DNA of 64,000 nt from Chiloscyllium plagiosum (Eukaryota), in NCBI RefSeq assembly GCF_004010195.1, contig NC_057751.1:10535738-10599737 (forward strand). The letters run 5' to 3'. The notes below the pieces were generated by a model. The model worked only from the letters and a program-made list of their open reading frames with translations, had not been told where the DNA came from and did no database searches. A program made the translations under genes and the position numbers. Of the stretch, positions 40,120 to 64,000 are shown piece after piece; positions within the stretch are counted from its first letter, which is position 1; every line of letters begins with the position of its first letter.

Positions 40120-40380
40120 CCGCGTGCACGATGTGCTTTGCTGGTCCCTGGCCTGTGCTGGATTCAGTCCCATTGGTTGCACTCTCGGCTGCTCAGGAAG
40201 AAGGACTCGGGCCGATTGCACCCTTCCGCCGCGCTCGTCCTCGTCCAGGCTGCGTGCACGCGCACGGGGAGGGGGGCGGGGCCTGAGTTATTTCCGTGCA
40301 TCGGCCGGATTGAGCGACTGTCAATAACACCGTGTTGGGTGCACAGAAGCCTCCTGTCTTGCTGTCTGGGTACGTTGCAC
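40120..40380 (+). promoter_or_regulatory. CpG-rich POLM promoter with GC box and likely non-coding first exon
   Basis: Local CpG enrichment in a CpG-poor background; GGGGCGGGG at ~40273-40281; ATTGG (reverse CCAAT) at ~40174; donor-like TGG|GTACGT at 40370. Confidence 0.6.
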
Positions 40381-40647
40381 AATTCACTTACCTTTGACCA
40401 TGTCTCCCATTCCTGTTCGGCCCAAAAAGCAGCAGCAGCACCTTCCAGCTTCTTGCAAAGGTCTGGGTCTTAGTTTGGGTGTGTGTTAGTTCTGTCGTAT
40501 GGAGCTGCTAAGCCAATGGCTGCTGTCATCTTTGTCCAAGCACCAATGGAAACAGGGGCTACATGTGGCGAATTTCACTGGGGACGTTGCCAGTCTTGTT
40601 TCGCTCATATTTGACCATGTTGTTTCATCTCCCTTTCCCAGCTCACC

Positions 40648-63342
<22,695 letters not shown>

Positions 63343-64000
63343 TAAAAAACAAAACTGTAAAGGTGGAAAATGTAAATGTTACAGCTGACCAACTTAGAAA
63401 TTGACCAGGACTGGCTAACATTTGGATAAATTCATGTTAAGGCTCATGATTGAAAAGTCTTTTATTTACAAACATTGACACATATAGTCTCCATTTCCGG
63501 CATTTTCAGCTTGATGATCTGAAAAGTGGAATGTGAAGACAATTTGTTTGTTAATATTGAAGCTATTGATCAGCTGAGGAAAGATGCTTCTGACTGTCAA
63601 GAGTTTGGGCTCAAGCCCGGCTATGATTTCATGGACATAATTTAGATTGACAGTGAAATAGCTACCTTTTGCTCTGGTTAGTCATTAAACAAACAGGACT
63701 ATCTGTACCTGTTCATTGAAACATTAACACCTTTCTGATACATGTTCAATAAGTGCTGCTTCGCCCAATACACCTGCACAATTCCCCTCACACTGCTCAC
63801 TAGCAAAGTGATATTTTACTTTCGGCTCGCAAACAGAAGTAACAAATTGGTTATGAAATGTATTGGTCTGCTGTTAGACTGTGAGAAAGTGCAAGGCACT
63901 TGGCTGTTGTATGATCAATTAAAATTAGAGGCATAAAGGAAACTACACAGAAACGCAAGGATTTCCCCCCCCCCCCCCCACACAACTCCTGGTCCCAATG

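Noticed and set aside
40078-40473. Overlapping ORFs in the GC-rich promoter
   Set aside because: Expected from stop-codon scarcity in a CpG island; no protein similarity.

Overview
Eukaryotic genomic DNA from a cartilaginous fish (shark-type CR1/HER1 LINEs, HE1-type V-SINEs), with two assembly gaps (19323-19844, 27787-28535). It holds two head-to-head, intron-rich genes, both running out of the window. (1) On the minus strand is an N-acetylglucosamine-6-sulfatase-like gene (GNS family, probably a paralog), with coding exons 1-4 at 32043-31930, 14099-14040, 13152-12949 and 5816-5751. (2) On the plus strand is an X-family DNA polymerase, best called Pol mu (POLM), with coding exons 1-9 from 40648 to 63297 (469 codons). 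All introns are GT-AG and reading phases join correctly. The rest is mostly decayed retroelements: CR1 and L2-like LINEs, several SINE families, two solo-LTR-like elements, and Penelope-like elements (PLEs). The PLEs include two with GIY-YIG endonuclease fragments and several short palindromic non-autonomous copies carrying minimal hammerhead ribozyme motifs. The most notable observations are: the Pol mu carries TdT-type residues in the motifs governing untemplated addition; it has a ~30-aa expansion in Loop 2; a family of hammerhead-bearing palindromic elements is present; and one insertion has copied host flank in inverted orientation. Comparisons with human proteins and repeat-family names come from memory and no searches were run. 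Repeat boundaries are approximate.
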